Source of the DNA: a candidate division WOR-3 bacterium
GTDB taxonomy: Bacteria; Hydrothermota; Tepidihabitantia; SM23-42; JAOAFX01
DNA length: 39,165 nt
NCBI GenBank assembly: GCA_039802265.1
Contig: JBDRWI010000016.1
Coordinates: 1-39,165, forward strand
Direction: 5' to 3'
The first letter of the stretch is position 1. Each line of letters begins with the position of its first letter. Below, one piece after another: positions 28,073-36,830 of the stretch. The notes beneath the pieces are model-generated. The model saw only the letters and a program-made list of their open reading frames with translations, was not told where the DNA came from and ran no database searches. The position numbers and the translations under genes were made by a program.

Positions 28073-30865
28073 ATGAAAAGGCTTGTGCTTTTTCTACTGA
28101 TGACTGTTTCTTTTATCTTCTCCAGCGGTAGTGGTAGAATTCAAGGACGGGTGATTGATGAATCCAATGGAGAGCCACTGATTGGTGTAAATATTGTAAT
28201 TGAGGGAACTGAACTTGGGGCGGCAACCGACGAGAATGGCTATTACCTTGTACCATTTGTGCCCGTGGGTGTATATGAGGTAACTGCCTCCTACATTGGC
28301 TATAATACCATAACCCAGAAGAATGTCATTGTTACATCCAATCAGACGACCAATCTCAATTTCAAACTCGCACCGAGCGCAATCATTATGGAACCAGTGG
28401 TGGTGATTGCAGAAAAACCAATGGTAATAAGGACCTCAACCCAGACCACTCACACCTCCACTGCTGAGGAAATCAGTAAGTTACCCATCTCCCAGATCAA
28501 TCAGATTGTAACACTCCAGGCGGGTGTTTCAACGAGTGAATTGGGAACACACATAAGAGGGGGCAGAAGCACGGAAATCGCTTACTATGTTGATGGGATT
28601 CTTACCAAGACACCCCACTATGGACAACAGGCATTGCAGATAAACAAGGAGGCAGTAGAAGAGATAGGCGTTATTACCGGTGGCTTTGATGCGGAATATG
28701 GCGAGGCACTCTCAGGAGTAATAAATATTGTCACCAGAGAAGGAGGAGAAAAGACAAGTGGCAATTTCCGTTATACGACCGATGAGGTCTTCCGTACCGA
28801 TAAATTAAATTTTGGCTACAACCAGTACGAATTGAGCCTGGGTGGAGGTCTACTCACCAAATCCCGTTTCCGGTATTTTCTCTCCGGAGAGGCATTATTT
28901 ACCGATGCCCATCAAGAGGCAAAATACAAAGTTCCATCTCCAAGGTTTGATTACAAGGCGCAGGGGAAGTTATCTTATCGCCTTCCCAATGCCAAAGGGA
29001 AAGTAATTGCCTCAGGATTTTACCAGCGGGAAATGTTTCAGTATTACAGTGATATATGGGGTGAATTGAGTATGATTTACCATCTTGACCACCGGGCGGC
29101 GGAACTCCGCAAAGGGTACCTGGGGACCATTACCTTCAACTATATGCCAACGAAAAGCCAGGTGATCGAGGCAAAATTGGGTTATACCAAAAACACCAGA
29201 TTCTATGCGGTGCGGGATTTAGAAAAAGAGAAAGAGGCGAATCGCCAATGGTATGAGGATTTTATATTCAAGGCAAATCACTTTCCTGAAATTCTCTTTG
29301 ACCTGCCCGATACCGCAATCAAACACTATCTCGTTGATTCACTGAGTGATACATTGATGCCCTATCACTATCAGGAATTTGAACGATACAGCGCCCGGAG
29401 TCTGAGGAAGAATCCCTTTGGCGCACTGGGATTCTTCTATACTGTAGGCGATGACCGAATCTGGCGCTATTTCTTCAATCGCGATTATCAGATTAATTTC
29501 TCCTTTACCAATGCCTTTGGTAAGGTGCACGAATTCAAGACTGGACTGGATGTAATCTTCCAGAATGTAGGTTGGTTTGATAATAATCTTCCCTTTTACT
29601 CTATTCCCTTCTGGGATATGTATAACAAAAATCCTATAAAGGGTGCATTTTATATTCAGGATCGGATGGATTTTGAAGGGATTATTACCCGAACGGGCAT
29701 AAGGCTCGATTATCTTGACTCAAAGGCAAGTGGATTGAAGAATCCATCTGATATTACAGATACCACACTCATTGAGGCTACGCCGAAGTTAAGACTATCG
29801 CCCAGACTTGGTTTTTCAATGCCAATCACCGAGCGTTCAAAATTCCGTTTCAACTATGGCCATTTCTATCAGACCCCAACTGCCCATGACTTATACCGCT
29901 CTACCGAGCCCGAGGTGGTCTGGTTGCTCTTAAGGCGCTATAATTCGGTTGTGGGCAATCCAAATCTAACTGTGGAGAAGACGATTGCCTATGAGATTGG
30001 TTATGAAAATCAAATTTCCGACATCATTGGCTTCGGGATAATCGCCTATTATAAAGATATCTACGACCTGATTCAGACCCAGCGAATTGTTGCCATGCCG
30101 TTTCCCTACTATCAGGTGCGAAATCTTGATTATGGTAACGTGAAGGGTATGGAATTTACAATAAAGAAGAAGATGGCTGGTTTCTGGTCGTTTGACCTCT
30201 CCTATACCTTACAATTTGCCAAGGGAACTGCCTCCTCGGCCTGGCAGAATTACTACAATATCTACCAGAATCCGCCCAATCCAATCACTGGAGAATATCC
30301 TCTACCCAAGATTGATTACTGGCTTGATTTTGACGAAAGACATATCATCAATTCCACATTGGGATTTGAGACCCCCGCTGAATTTATGATTCTACCCCTG
30401 CGTAATCTATTCAGCGACTTTATAATCTCTTACCATTCAGGATTCCCTTATACACCAACCGATACCAAGGGTAATAAATTGGGCGATGACAATTCAGCCC
30501 GTATGCCCGGTTATATCAATGTTGATGCCAATATTACAAAGAGTTTTTCCCTGGCGGGCGTCAATCTTTCTCTATTCACCAATCTGTATAATCTATTCAA
30601 CACCGAACAGATAACATCGGTTTATAGCACGACTGGTGAGCCAGAAACCGATGGTCAGGAGAATTCAATTCTGATTTCACAGTTCTCAACAATACCCATA
30701 ACAAGCAGTTACTACACACCCCAGGCAGACTACAATCACGATGGATTAAATTCGTCAGTTGAATTGTGGAGTGAATATATCAAGGCAAGGCGTTTTTATT
30801 ATAATAATCCATTCCATTGGAAACCTGGATTCAGAATGCGGGTTGGCCTGGCGATAAGACTTTAA
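28073..30865 (+). CDS. TonB-dependent receptor with N-terminal carboxypeptidase-regulatory-like domain
   Basis: GRIQGRVID..GEPLIGVNI..GAATDENG; plug motifs HIRGGRS..YYVDG and TGGFDAEYG...SGVINIVT; barrel motifs SPRLG, YGHFYQTP, GNPNL, NLFN. Confidence 0.92.
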   Translation: MKRLVLFLLMTVSFIFSSGSGRIQGRVIDESNGEPLIGVNIVIEGTELGAATDENGYYLVPFVPVGVYEVTASYIGYNTITQKNVIVTSNQTTNLNFKLAPSAIIMEPVVVIAEKPMVIRTSTQTTHTSTAEEISKLPISQINQIVTLQAGVSTSELGTHIRGGRSTEIAYYVDGILTKTPHYGQQALQINKEAVEEIGVITGGFDAEYGEALSGVINIVTREGGEKTSGNFRYTTDEVFRTDKLNFGYNQYELSLGGGLLTKSRFRYFLSGEALFTDAHQEAKYKVPSPRFDYKAQGKLSYRLPNAKGKVIASGFYQREMFQYYSDIWGELSMIYHLDHRAAELRKGYLGTITFNYMPTKSQVIEAKLGYTKNTRFYAVRDLEKEKEANRQWYEDFIFKANHFPEILFDLPDTAIKHYLVDSLSDTLMPYHYQEFERYSARSLRKNPFGALGFFYTVGDDRIWRYFFNRDYQINFSFTNAFGKVHEFKTGLDVIFQNVGWFDNNLPFYSIPFWDMYNKNPIKGAFYIQDRMDFEGIITRTGIRLDYLDSKASGLKNPSDITDTTLIEATPKLRLSPRLGFSMPITERSKFRFNYGHFYQTPTAHDLYRSTEPEVVWLLLRRYNSVVGNPNLTVEKTIAYEIGYENQISDIIGFGIIAYYKDIYDLIQTQRIVAMPFPYYQVRNLDYGNVKGMEFTIKKKMAGFWSFDLSYTLQFAKGTASSAWQNYYNIYQNPPNPITGEYPLPKIDYWLDFDERHIINSTLGFETPAEFMILPLRNLFSDFIISYHSGFPYTPTDTKGNKLGDDNSARMPGYINVDANITKSFSLAGVNLSLFTNLYNLFNTEQITSVYSTTGEPETDGQENSILISQFSTIPITSSYYTPQADYNHDGLNSSVELWSEYIKARRFYYNNPFHWKPGFRMRVGLAIRL

Positions 30866-30869
30866 AGGC

Positions 30870-30897
30870 TTGACAATCCTTTAATTATGCATATAAT
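30870..30897 (+). promoter_or_regulatory. HU promoter
   Basis: TTGACA-16 nt-TATAAT. Confidence 0.7.
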
Positions 30898-30943
30898 TCA
30901 GTATATGGTCAAAAAGGAATTAAGAGGAAGGAGGTGAAAAAAA

Positions 30944-31216
30944 ATGACTAAAGGGCAACTTGTGGATGCAATTGCAAAAAAGGCAAAGATATCAAAAAAA
31001 GCGGCAAATGTCGCGCTTAACACATTCATTGAGTCGGTTATCGCCGCCCTGAAAAAAGGGGATAAAGTTTCTCTCGTTGGATTTGGTACCTTCTCAGTCG
31101 CCAAGAGGAAGGCAAGGACCGCCAAGAATCTCCAGACTGGTGAGCTCATAAAGGTCCCAGCCCGCAGGGTTCCGAAATTCAAGGCCGGCGGCGAACTGAA
31201 ACGCGCAGTAAAATAA
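30944..31216 (+). CDS. hup: DNA-binding protein HU
   Basis: VSLVGFGTF...RKARTAKNLQTGE...VPKFKAG; RBS GGAGG. Confidence 0.95.
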   Translation: MTKGQLVDAIAKKAKISKKAANVALNTFIESVIAALKKGDKVSLVGFGTFSVAKRKARTAKNLQTGELIKVPARRVPKFKAGGELKRAVK

Positions 31217-31222
31217 CTCAAT

Positions 31223-31258
31223 AAAAACTTTGGGGATGGCATCTGCCATCCCCAAAGT
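31223..31258. terminator. Strong hairpin after HU (U-tract lies on the minus strand)
   Basis: Perfect inverted repeat ACTTTGGGGATGGCA/TGCCATCCCCAAAGT at 31227-31258. It is followed by A-run on plus and TTTT on minus. Confidence 0.7.
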
Positions 31259-31375
31259 AAAAAATAAGCTCGCTTTACTCGCTAACCTGTAGATCAACAC
31301 GCGGGTGGTCATCTACCCAATAGATCTCAGAAATTTGGTTAGTTCGTTTCAAAGAATTTTCCATTGAATATTTTT

Positions 31376-31406
31376 TTGTATAGGAATTTGAAAAATTCCT
31401 ATACAA
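31376..31406. promoter_or_regulatory. Perfect 14-bp inverted repeat, operator-like
   Basis: TTGTATAGGAATTT-gaa-AAATTCCTATACAA. Confidence 0.5.
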
Positions 31407-31441
31407 TGGTAATGAAATTTTTCATTATAGTTAAAAAAACC

Positions 31442-31543
31442 ACAAGATATTCAGGGGAGGATGATATGAAAATGGTCTCCGCACAAAGAGACGGTTTGCT
31501 ATATAGCGGGGGTTTTCAGGGGGTATCCCCCTGAATATCTTGT
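31442..31543. other. 102-bp element bounded by 16-bp inverted repeats (candidate structured RNA or MITE-like unit)
   Basis: ACAAGATATTCAGGGG at 31442-31457 and CCCCTGAATATCTTGT at 31528-31543; competing hairpin TTCAGGGGG-tat-CCCCCTGAA at 31515-31535. Confidence 0.5.
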
Positions 31544-31634
31544 ATTAACTGTTAATCTAAAAAAGAACTGCGTTATAATCGCTTTCTCTTTTTGTCATTA
31601 TGAACGAAGTCTGGGTTCGTTTTTGTGAAGATTA

Positions 31635-32969
31635 CTAACTTTCCTCTTTGATTCCGTATTCTTTTATCTTTAATCTCAATGTATTGCGGTGAATCCCGAG
31701 GCGCTGGGCAGCAAGTGATATATTCCACTTTGTCTTATGGAGAATTCTTACGATATGTTCCTTTTCCACCTCAGCCAGACTTTCTGCCTCGGTAAGGATT
31801 GCACTCTCCTCCGATTTTAATAAAATGTCTTTTGCCTCAATCCATTCACTCCTGGTGAGAACCATAGCCCGCTGGATAACATTCTCCAATTCCCGCACAT
31901 TACCGGGCCAGTGATACCGCATCATTTTATTTAATGCCTCCCGGGAAATTCCTTCTATCTTCTTTCCAATTTTTGTGGTGTATTTTTTAAGAAAAAACTC
32001 AGCCAGTGGCTTGATATCTTCTTTTCTCTCCCTCAAAGGGGGCAATTCAATCGTTATTACATTCAACCGATAAAAGAGATCTTCACGGAAGGTACCATTC
32101 TGTATTTTTTTCTTTAAGTCCTGATTTGTAGCACAGATCAACCTTACATCTACCTTTATCGGTAAATTACTACCAAGTCTTTCAAATGTAAATTCCTGTA
32201 AAACCCGAAGCAGTTTGACCTGGACAATTATTGGTAAATCGCCGATTTCATCAAGAAAGAGCGTACCCTGATTTGCCATCTCAAATTTTCCAATCTTTCT
32301 CTTCTCGGCTCCCGAGAACGCTCCGCGTTCATAACCGAAAAGTTCACTCTCAATCAGGGTCTCGGGTAATGCTGCACAGGAAATCGGGACAAAGCGATTA
32401 TTCTTCCTCAAACTTGATTCGTGAATCAGCCGGGCGATCAACTCTTTACCCGTGCCTGATTCTCCGAGAATCAAAACCGGCGCATCAGCCCGCGCAACTC
32501 GCGGAATGAGTTCAACAATCTCCTTCATCCTTGGACTTTCCGCAATAAATGAGTCAAAATTAAATCTTTCTCTTACCTCCTGCTTCAGGTCTTCAATCTC
32601 CTGTTTGGTTATTTGTTCTTCTTTAATCTTGTTGATAAATAGTTCCAATTCCTCAAGATTTATTGGTTTGTTGAGGTAGTCATAGGCACCCAACTTCATC
32701 GCCCGCACTGCGGATTCCACCGTGCCGAATCCGGTGAGGATAATAAAATAGGTCTGCGGGTCTATCTCCTTCATCTTCTGCATTGTCTCAATCCCATCAA
32801 TCTCAGGCATCTTCAAATCCAAAATTGCCAGGTCAAAGCCCATCTTGCGGTTCAATTCAATTGCCTCTTTACCACTTGCCGCGGTGGTAACCGTAAAGCC
32901 TTTATTTCTTAAAAATCCAGCCAGAAGCAGGCGCTGTGATTCTTCATCGTCACAGACGAGGATATGCAT
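31635..32969 (-). CDS. Sigma-54-dependent response regulator (NtrC/AtoC family)
   Basis: REC domain (CDDE, DLKMP), GESGTGKE, GAFSGA, LFLDEIG, FREDLFYRLNV, WPGNVRELEN, Fis-type HTH. Confidence 0.95.
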   Translation of the reverse strand: MHILVCDDEESQRLLLAGFLRNKGFTVTTAASGKEAIELNRKMGFDLAILDLKMPEIDGIETMQKMKEIDPQTYFIILTGFGTVESAVRAMKLGAYDYLNKPINLEELELFINKIKEEQITKQEIEDLKQEVRERFNFDSFIAESPRMKEIVELIPRVARADAPVLILGESGTGKELIARLIHESSLRKNNRFVPISCAALPETLIESELFGYERGAFSGAEKRKIGKFEMANQGTLFLDEIGDLPIIVQVKLLRVLQEFTFERLGSNLPIKVDVRLICATNQDLKKKIQNGTFREDLFYRLNVITIELPPLRERKEDIKPLAEFFLKKYTTKIGKKIEGISREALNKMMRYHWPGNVRELENVIQRAMVLTRSEWIEAKDILLKSEESAILTEAESLAEVEKEHIVRILHKTKWNISLAAQRLGIHRNTLRLKIKEYGIKEES

Positions 32970-32974
32970 AGGTA

Positions 32975-33002
32975 ATTATATTGCATCGCCCGGGAAAATC
33001 AA
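32975..33002 (-). promoter_or_regulatory. Response regulator promoter (leaderless type)
   Basis: TTGATT-16 nt-TATAAT-5 nt-ATG. Confidence 0.65.
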
Positions 33003-33014
33003 GATATGAATTTT

Positions 33015-33791
33015 TTATCTTAACAAGACCTGCGGGATTTGTTTCTTAGGATGCATGACTATTTCTACATCAGTTTGATATACTTCTTTGATTATTTCTC
33101 TCTTGATAATTTCCACCGGCTGTCCTTGAGCATAAATACGGCCCTGGTTCATTAAAATAAGATGCTGACAGTATAAACTTGCCAAATTCAAATCGTGATT
33201 TACTACAATCACCGTTATTCCCTGAGCGGATAGTTTCTTTAATATTTCCATAATGATAAGTTGATGGTGCAGGTCAAGATGGCTCGTTGGCTCATCAAGC
33301 AGTAGGATTTCTGGTTTTTGTGCCAGGGCACGGGCAATCACGACCCGCTGCCTTTCGCCCGCGGAGAGCGCAAGAATTGGTCGTTTTTGTAATTTATTGA
33401 TGGCAGTGTATTCAATCGCCTCCTGAATCGCCTTTTTATCCTCAGGACCGAATGCCTGGAATGGTTTGGTATGGGGATATCTACCCATTGCGACAATGTC
33501 CTCAACCCGATAATTCAGGGAGAAAGAAGTCTCCTGTGAAACAAAGGCAATCTTTCTTGCCCTTTGTAGCGAGGATATTTCTCTTAAACTCTTCCCCAGG
33601 ATAATGATTTCGCCCTCATAATTCTTCAGTATCCCGGCAATGATTTTTAAAAATGTTGACTTACCTGCGCCATTGGGACCGATGATACCAAAGAATTTTT
33701 TCTCTTCAAAGGCACAAAAGAGATTATGGAGAACCCGGCTCAAGTTATAGCCGAAACTCAAATTTTTTACCTCAATAATATTTTGGGGCAT
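33015..33791 (-). CDS. Cobalamin/iron-siderophore ABC transporter ATP-binding protein
   Basis: GPNGAGKST, LSAGERQRV, LLLDEPTSHLD, HDLNLA. Confidence 0.93.
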   Translation of the reverse strand: MPQNIIEVKNLSFGYNLSRVLHNLFCAFEEKKFFGIIGPNGAGKSTFLKIIAGILKNYEGEIIILGKSLREISSLQRARKIAFVSQETSFSLNYRVEDIVAMGRYPHTKPFQAFGPEDKKAIQEAIEYTAINKLQKRPILALSAGERQRVVIARALAQKPEILLLDEPTSHLDLHHQLIIMEILKKLSAQGITVIVVNHDLNLASLYCQHLILMNQGRIYAQGQPVEIIKREIIKEVYQTDVEIVMHPKKQIPQVLLR

Positions 33792-33806
33792 ATATTTAAT
33801 TCGGTT

Positions 33807-34715
33807 CTATTTGTTAATATAAAGATAGATAAAGAATGGCACACCCACCAGGGATGTTACAACCCCCACGGGCAATTCATAGACCGTTATTGTTCTCGCT
33901 ACCGTATCGGCAAGAAGTAAAAATATTGCCCCTAATAGGAATGAGGTAGGAAGGTTGTAAAGATGTTTTGGACCAAATAGAATTCTTGAGATATGGGGAA
34001 TAACCAATCCGACAAAGCCAATCGCACCCACCAGGGAAACGACTAAGCCAACCAATAGTGTATTAATGACAAAGATCGTAAGGGAGAACCTCTGCACATC
34101 AACCCCGAGTCCGGAAGCAGTATCTGTTCCAGTAGATATAATATCAAATTCCCGGTAGAATGTAAATAGATAGGCAGTAAGAATCAGGGATAAAACAATT
34201 ATGCCGGTAATCAAAAGACGATTCTGCGGGGTAATTATTATTCCCAGATAGCCCATTAAGAGGTAAAGGACCTCATAAAGCTCTTTCTTACCCATTACCA
34301 TAATAATCATAACTAAAGAAGAGCAGAGAAAACTCATAACCACACCCGCCAGGATCAGGCGGTCACGCAATAACCCCCCTTCAATTCGGGCGATTGTATA
34401 GACGAAAAGACCGGTACCCAGGGCACCGAGGAAGGCGAACAGGGGATTTAGTGTATTAAACAAAACCAAACCAATTGAGGCACCCAGTGCCGCTCCTGAG
34501 GCTGAACCCAAAGTGTAAGGCTCCACCAGGGGATTGCCAAAAAGACCTTGAAGCACATTTCCCGTGAAGGCGAGAATCCCGCCTGCAAAAACTCCAATAA
34601 TAATCCTTGAAAACCTGAGCTGTAAGACCTCCGGAGTTAAACCACCAGGGCCGACTAATATTCCTATACCAATTGCCAGCCCCAGCAAGATAATAATCAA
34701 TAAGATTCTATTCAA
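33807..34715 (-). CDS. FecCD/BtuC family ABC permease
   Basis: QGLFGNPLVEPYTLG..SGA, IGFVGLVIPH, ELPVGVVT..G.PFF. Confidence 0.93.
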   Translation of the reverse strand: MNRILLIIILLGLAIGIGILVGPGGLTPEVLQLRFSRIIIGVFAGGILAFTGNVLQGLFGNPLVEPYTLGSASGAALGASIGLVLFNTLNPLFAFLGALGTGLFVYTIARIEGGLLRDRLILAGVVMSFLCSSLVMIIMVMGKKELYEVLYLLMGYLGIIITPQNRLLITGIIVLSLILTAYLFTFYREFDIISTGTDTASGLGVDVQRFSLTIFVINTLLVGLVVSLVGAIGFVGLVIPHISRILFGPKHLYNLPTSFLLGAIFLLLADTVARTITVYELPVGVVTSLVGVPFFIYLYINK

Positions 34716-35535
34716 AGATTTTCTTCAATTCATTAAATCCCAACACCAATCTTGGTCCGGGTCTTAATAACCAATCCTGATTCAGTTCTGTGTAGACTCT
34801 TTTGTTTTTTATGGCTGAGACCCCATCCCAGCCGATTCTCTCGTTAATCTCACCTGGATGGAGAATAATAATTATCTCCGGATTTCTTTTTATCACCTGT
34901 TCCTGGGAAATAACCGGATAGTCCCTCCTTAAATCGGCAAAGATATTCTCACCCCCGGCCGCCGCTATCAATTCATTCAGGAAGGAATTTGCACCGATTG
35001 TAATCAATGGATTGGGGGAGAGTTCAATATAGACCCTTTTCTTATTCCGGTTTATGGGTTTGATATTTGCCTTCATAAACTCTACGATTGAATCTGCCTC
35101 TCTTTCTCTTTTGATAATTCTGCCCAGATGGATTATTTCAGTATAGATCTCATTCATTGATTGGGGTGAACTGACAAAGGTTTTTATTCCCATCTTTTCA
35201 AGTGCCTCCTTAATTCGGCGCTGCTCCGGGAGATTCAAGATAACAAGGTTCGGCTTTTGGCTGATGATTCGTTCTAATGAGGGATTAGAAAAATCGCCTA
35301 CTTTATTTATCTTTTTTGCCTCGGGTGGATAATCACAATAGGTTGTAACGCCAACAAGATAGCTCTGGGCGTTTAGGGCAAAGAGCACCTCGGTCATTGC
35401 CGGAGAAAGAGAGACGATTCGAAAATCAGGCTGGGTTATTGACTCATGGCAAGCAAGAGAAAGAATGAACAAAAGAACGAGTAAGTCTCTTCGGAAAAAT
35501 TTCCCTATAAAGAACGAAAGTATGTTCGGGACCAT
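34708..35535 (-). CDS. BtuF-like helical-backbone substrate-binding lipoprotein
   Basis: RIVSLSPAMTE, VGVTTYCDYP, AGGENIF, LRPGPRL; lipobox-like LSLAC. Confidence 0.9.
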   Translation of the reverse strand: MVPNILSFFIGKFFRRDLLVLLFILSLACHESITQPDFRIVSLSPAMTEVLFALNAQSYLVGVTTYCDYPPEAKKINKVGDFSNPSLERIISQKPNLVILNLPEQRRIKEALEKMGIKTFVSSPQSMNEIYTEIIHLGRIIKREREADSIVEFMKANIKPINRNKKRVYIELSPNPLITIGANSFLNELIAAAGGENIFADLRRDYPVISQEQVIKRNPEIIIILHPGEINERIGWDGVSAIKNKRVYTELNQDWLLRPGPRLVLGFNELKKIFE

Positions 35536-35548
35536 TCCCTTCTTGACA

Positions 35549-36256
35549 TCACCAGAAGATGCAGCCCTTTAATTTCTTTTTGCCCTCTTTTATTAACTCT
35601 TCTTTCTTCTCTTTTATCTCCTTTTCTGCCTTTTCTCTCAGGGCATCAAGTGCCTTACCCCGGTCAAGGAATTCTTTATATTTATCCGCAAATTTCTGAA
35701 TTTCTTCTATCGGTAACTTCTCAACCAGCGGTTTTAATTCGCCCTTACTAATCTTTGATTTGAAATTCTTATCAAGCAAAATTTCCTTCGCCCCTTCCAC
35801 CAGACTCTTTACACTTATCTTTCCCGCAAAGACACTGAATGAACTTGTTCCATCCTTTTCTACACTGGTCTTAAATATTGTGCCTCTGATATATGCCTGC
35901 GCTGCATCGGTCCTCAACTCAAATTCATCGCCCTTGTTCATTTTTGTGACCTTTGTAATGATTTCACCGATTGAGGCAAAAATTCTTTGAAACACCCCTT
36001 TCTGGGTTGTCTCTTTTCTTTCAATCTTGATACTTGAGTTGGGTTCGAGCCGGACCAGTGAGTAATGTGAAAATTGAATCTCACAGACCGATTCCGAATA
36101 GGTGGTGACGATGTCATTAACCAGAAGGGTGGCATTTAATACGCCTGAATACCTTTTGCCTTCTCTTTCAATTATTACGGTTCCCGAAATGTAAGAAATT
36201 TTTGCTGGGATATCCGCCGTGATTAAAGATAAGAAAAGAATTGGTATTATGCCCAT
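35549..36256 (-). CDS. FecR domain-containing exported protein
   Basis: ISYISGTV, VRLEPNSSI, AYIRGTIF and VFAGKISV motifs; charged helical tail; RBS GGAGG/GGGGG. Confidence 0.85.
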   Translation of the reverse strand: MGIIPILFLSLITADIPAKISYISGTVIIEREGKRYSGVLNATLLVNDIVTTYSESVCEIQFSHYSLVRLEPNSSIKIERKETTQKGVFQRIFASIGEIITKVTKMNKGDEFELRTDAAQAYIRGTIFKTSVEKDGTSSFSVFAGKISVKSLVEGAKEILLDKNFKSKISKGELKPLVEKLPIEEIQKFADKYKEFLDRGKALDALREKAEKEIKEKKEELIKEGKKKLKGCIFW

Positions 36257-36274
36257 TTTAACCCCCTTTCCTCC

Positions 36275-36829
36275 CTATTCACTCTGGATTACCCTTTTAT
36301 AATGGAACATCTGTAATAAGATTAAAGGCAATCCAATAAAAAATCCATAGAGTAAAAGAAAATATGAATCATAGCCCAATGCCATGGAAAATATTAATAG
36401 GGCAATGCTTAAATAAAACCTTGTGACTGCCTGATGCATTTCGCCTTTTATTTTGAAACTGGTTTCACGCAGGTGAATAGAATAACCGAGTATAAGGATG
36501 CCGGTCATTGGAACAAACGGCGTATTGCTGATGCGATATTGATGCCACCAGACGATTGTCGTAATACCAAAGACAAATGCCGAATAGAAAAATAGTGCAA
36601 ACAATCCCCTTAAGAGATAATTATGTGCCTCAGGGGGCAAGGAATTGGGTTGAAAGAATAGTTTCTTCTGGTAATACTCTTTGCATAACCAGGTAATCAA
36701 AACCATTGTATAGAAATAAGAAAACAGGAAATTTCTATAGGGACTCAGACAATTGTAAAAGAATAGAGCGGAGTAAAGTAGAATAAATATAATCCAGGCT
36801 AGGCGTTTATAATTTATCTTGAATTTCAT
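36275..36829 (-). CDS. Hypothetical integral membrane protein
   Basis: About six hydrophobic segments. ATG at 36829 (MKFKINY) directly follows the upstream TAA, suggesting translational coupling. Confidence 0.7.
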   Translation of the reverse strand: MKFKINYKRLAWIIFILLYSALFFYNCLSPYRNFLFSYFYTMVLITWLCKEYYQKKLFFQPNSLPPEAHNYLLRGLFALFFYSAFVFGITTIVWWHQYRISNTPFVPMTGILILGYSIHLRETSFKIKGEMHQAVTRFYLSIALLIFSMALGYDSYFLLLYGFFIGLPLILLQMFHYKRVIQSE

Positions 36830-36830
36830 T

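Noticed and set aside
30898..31312. Antisense ORFs over hup, and the many other shadow ORFs inside long genes
   Set aside because: They largely overlap well-supported genes and show no recognisable motifs or RBS.
31408..31436. dif site (TTATAGTTAAA resembles a XerD arm)
   Set aside because: Does not fit the 11-6-11 geometry and has no XerC arm.
31470..31510. c-di-GMP-I riboswitch (minus strand GCAAACC)
   Set aside because: Lacks the GNRA-capped P2 and the downstream GCAAAG/P3 motifs, and there is no downstream gene.
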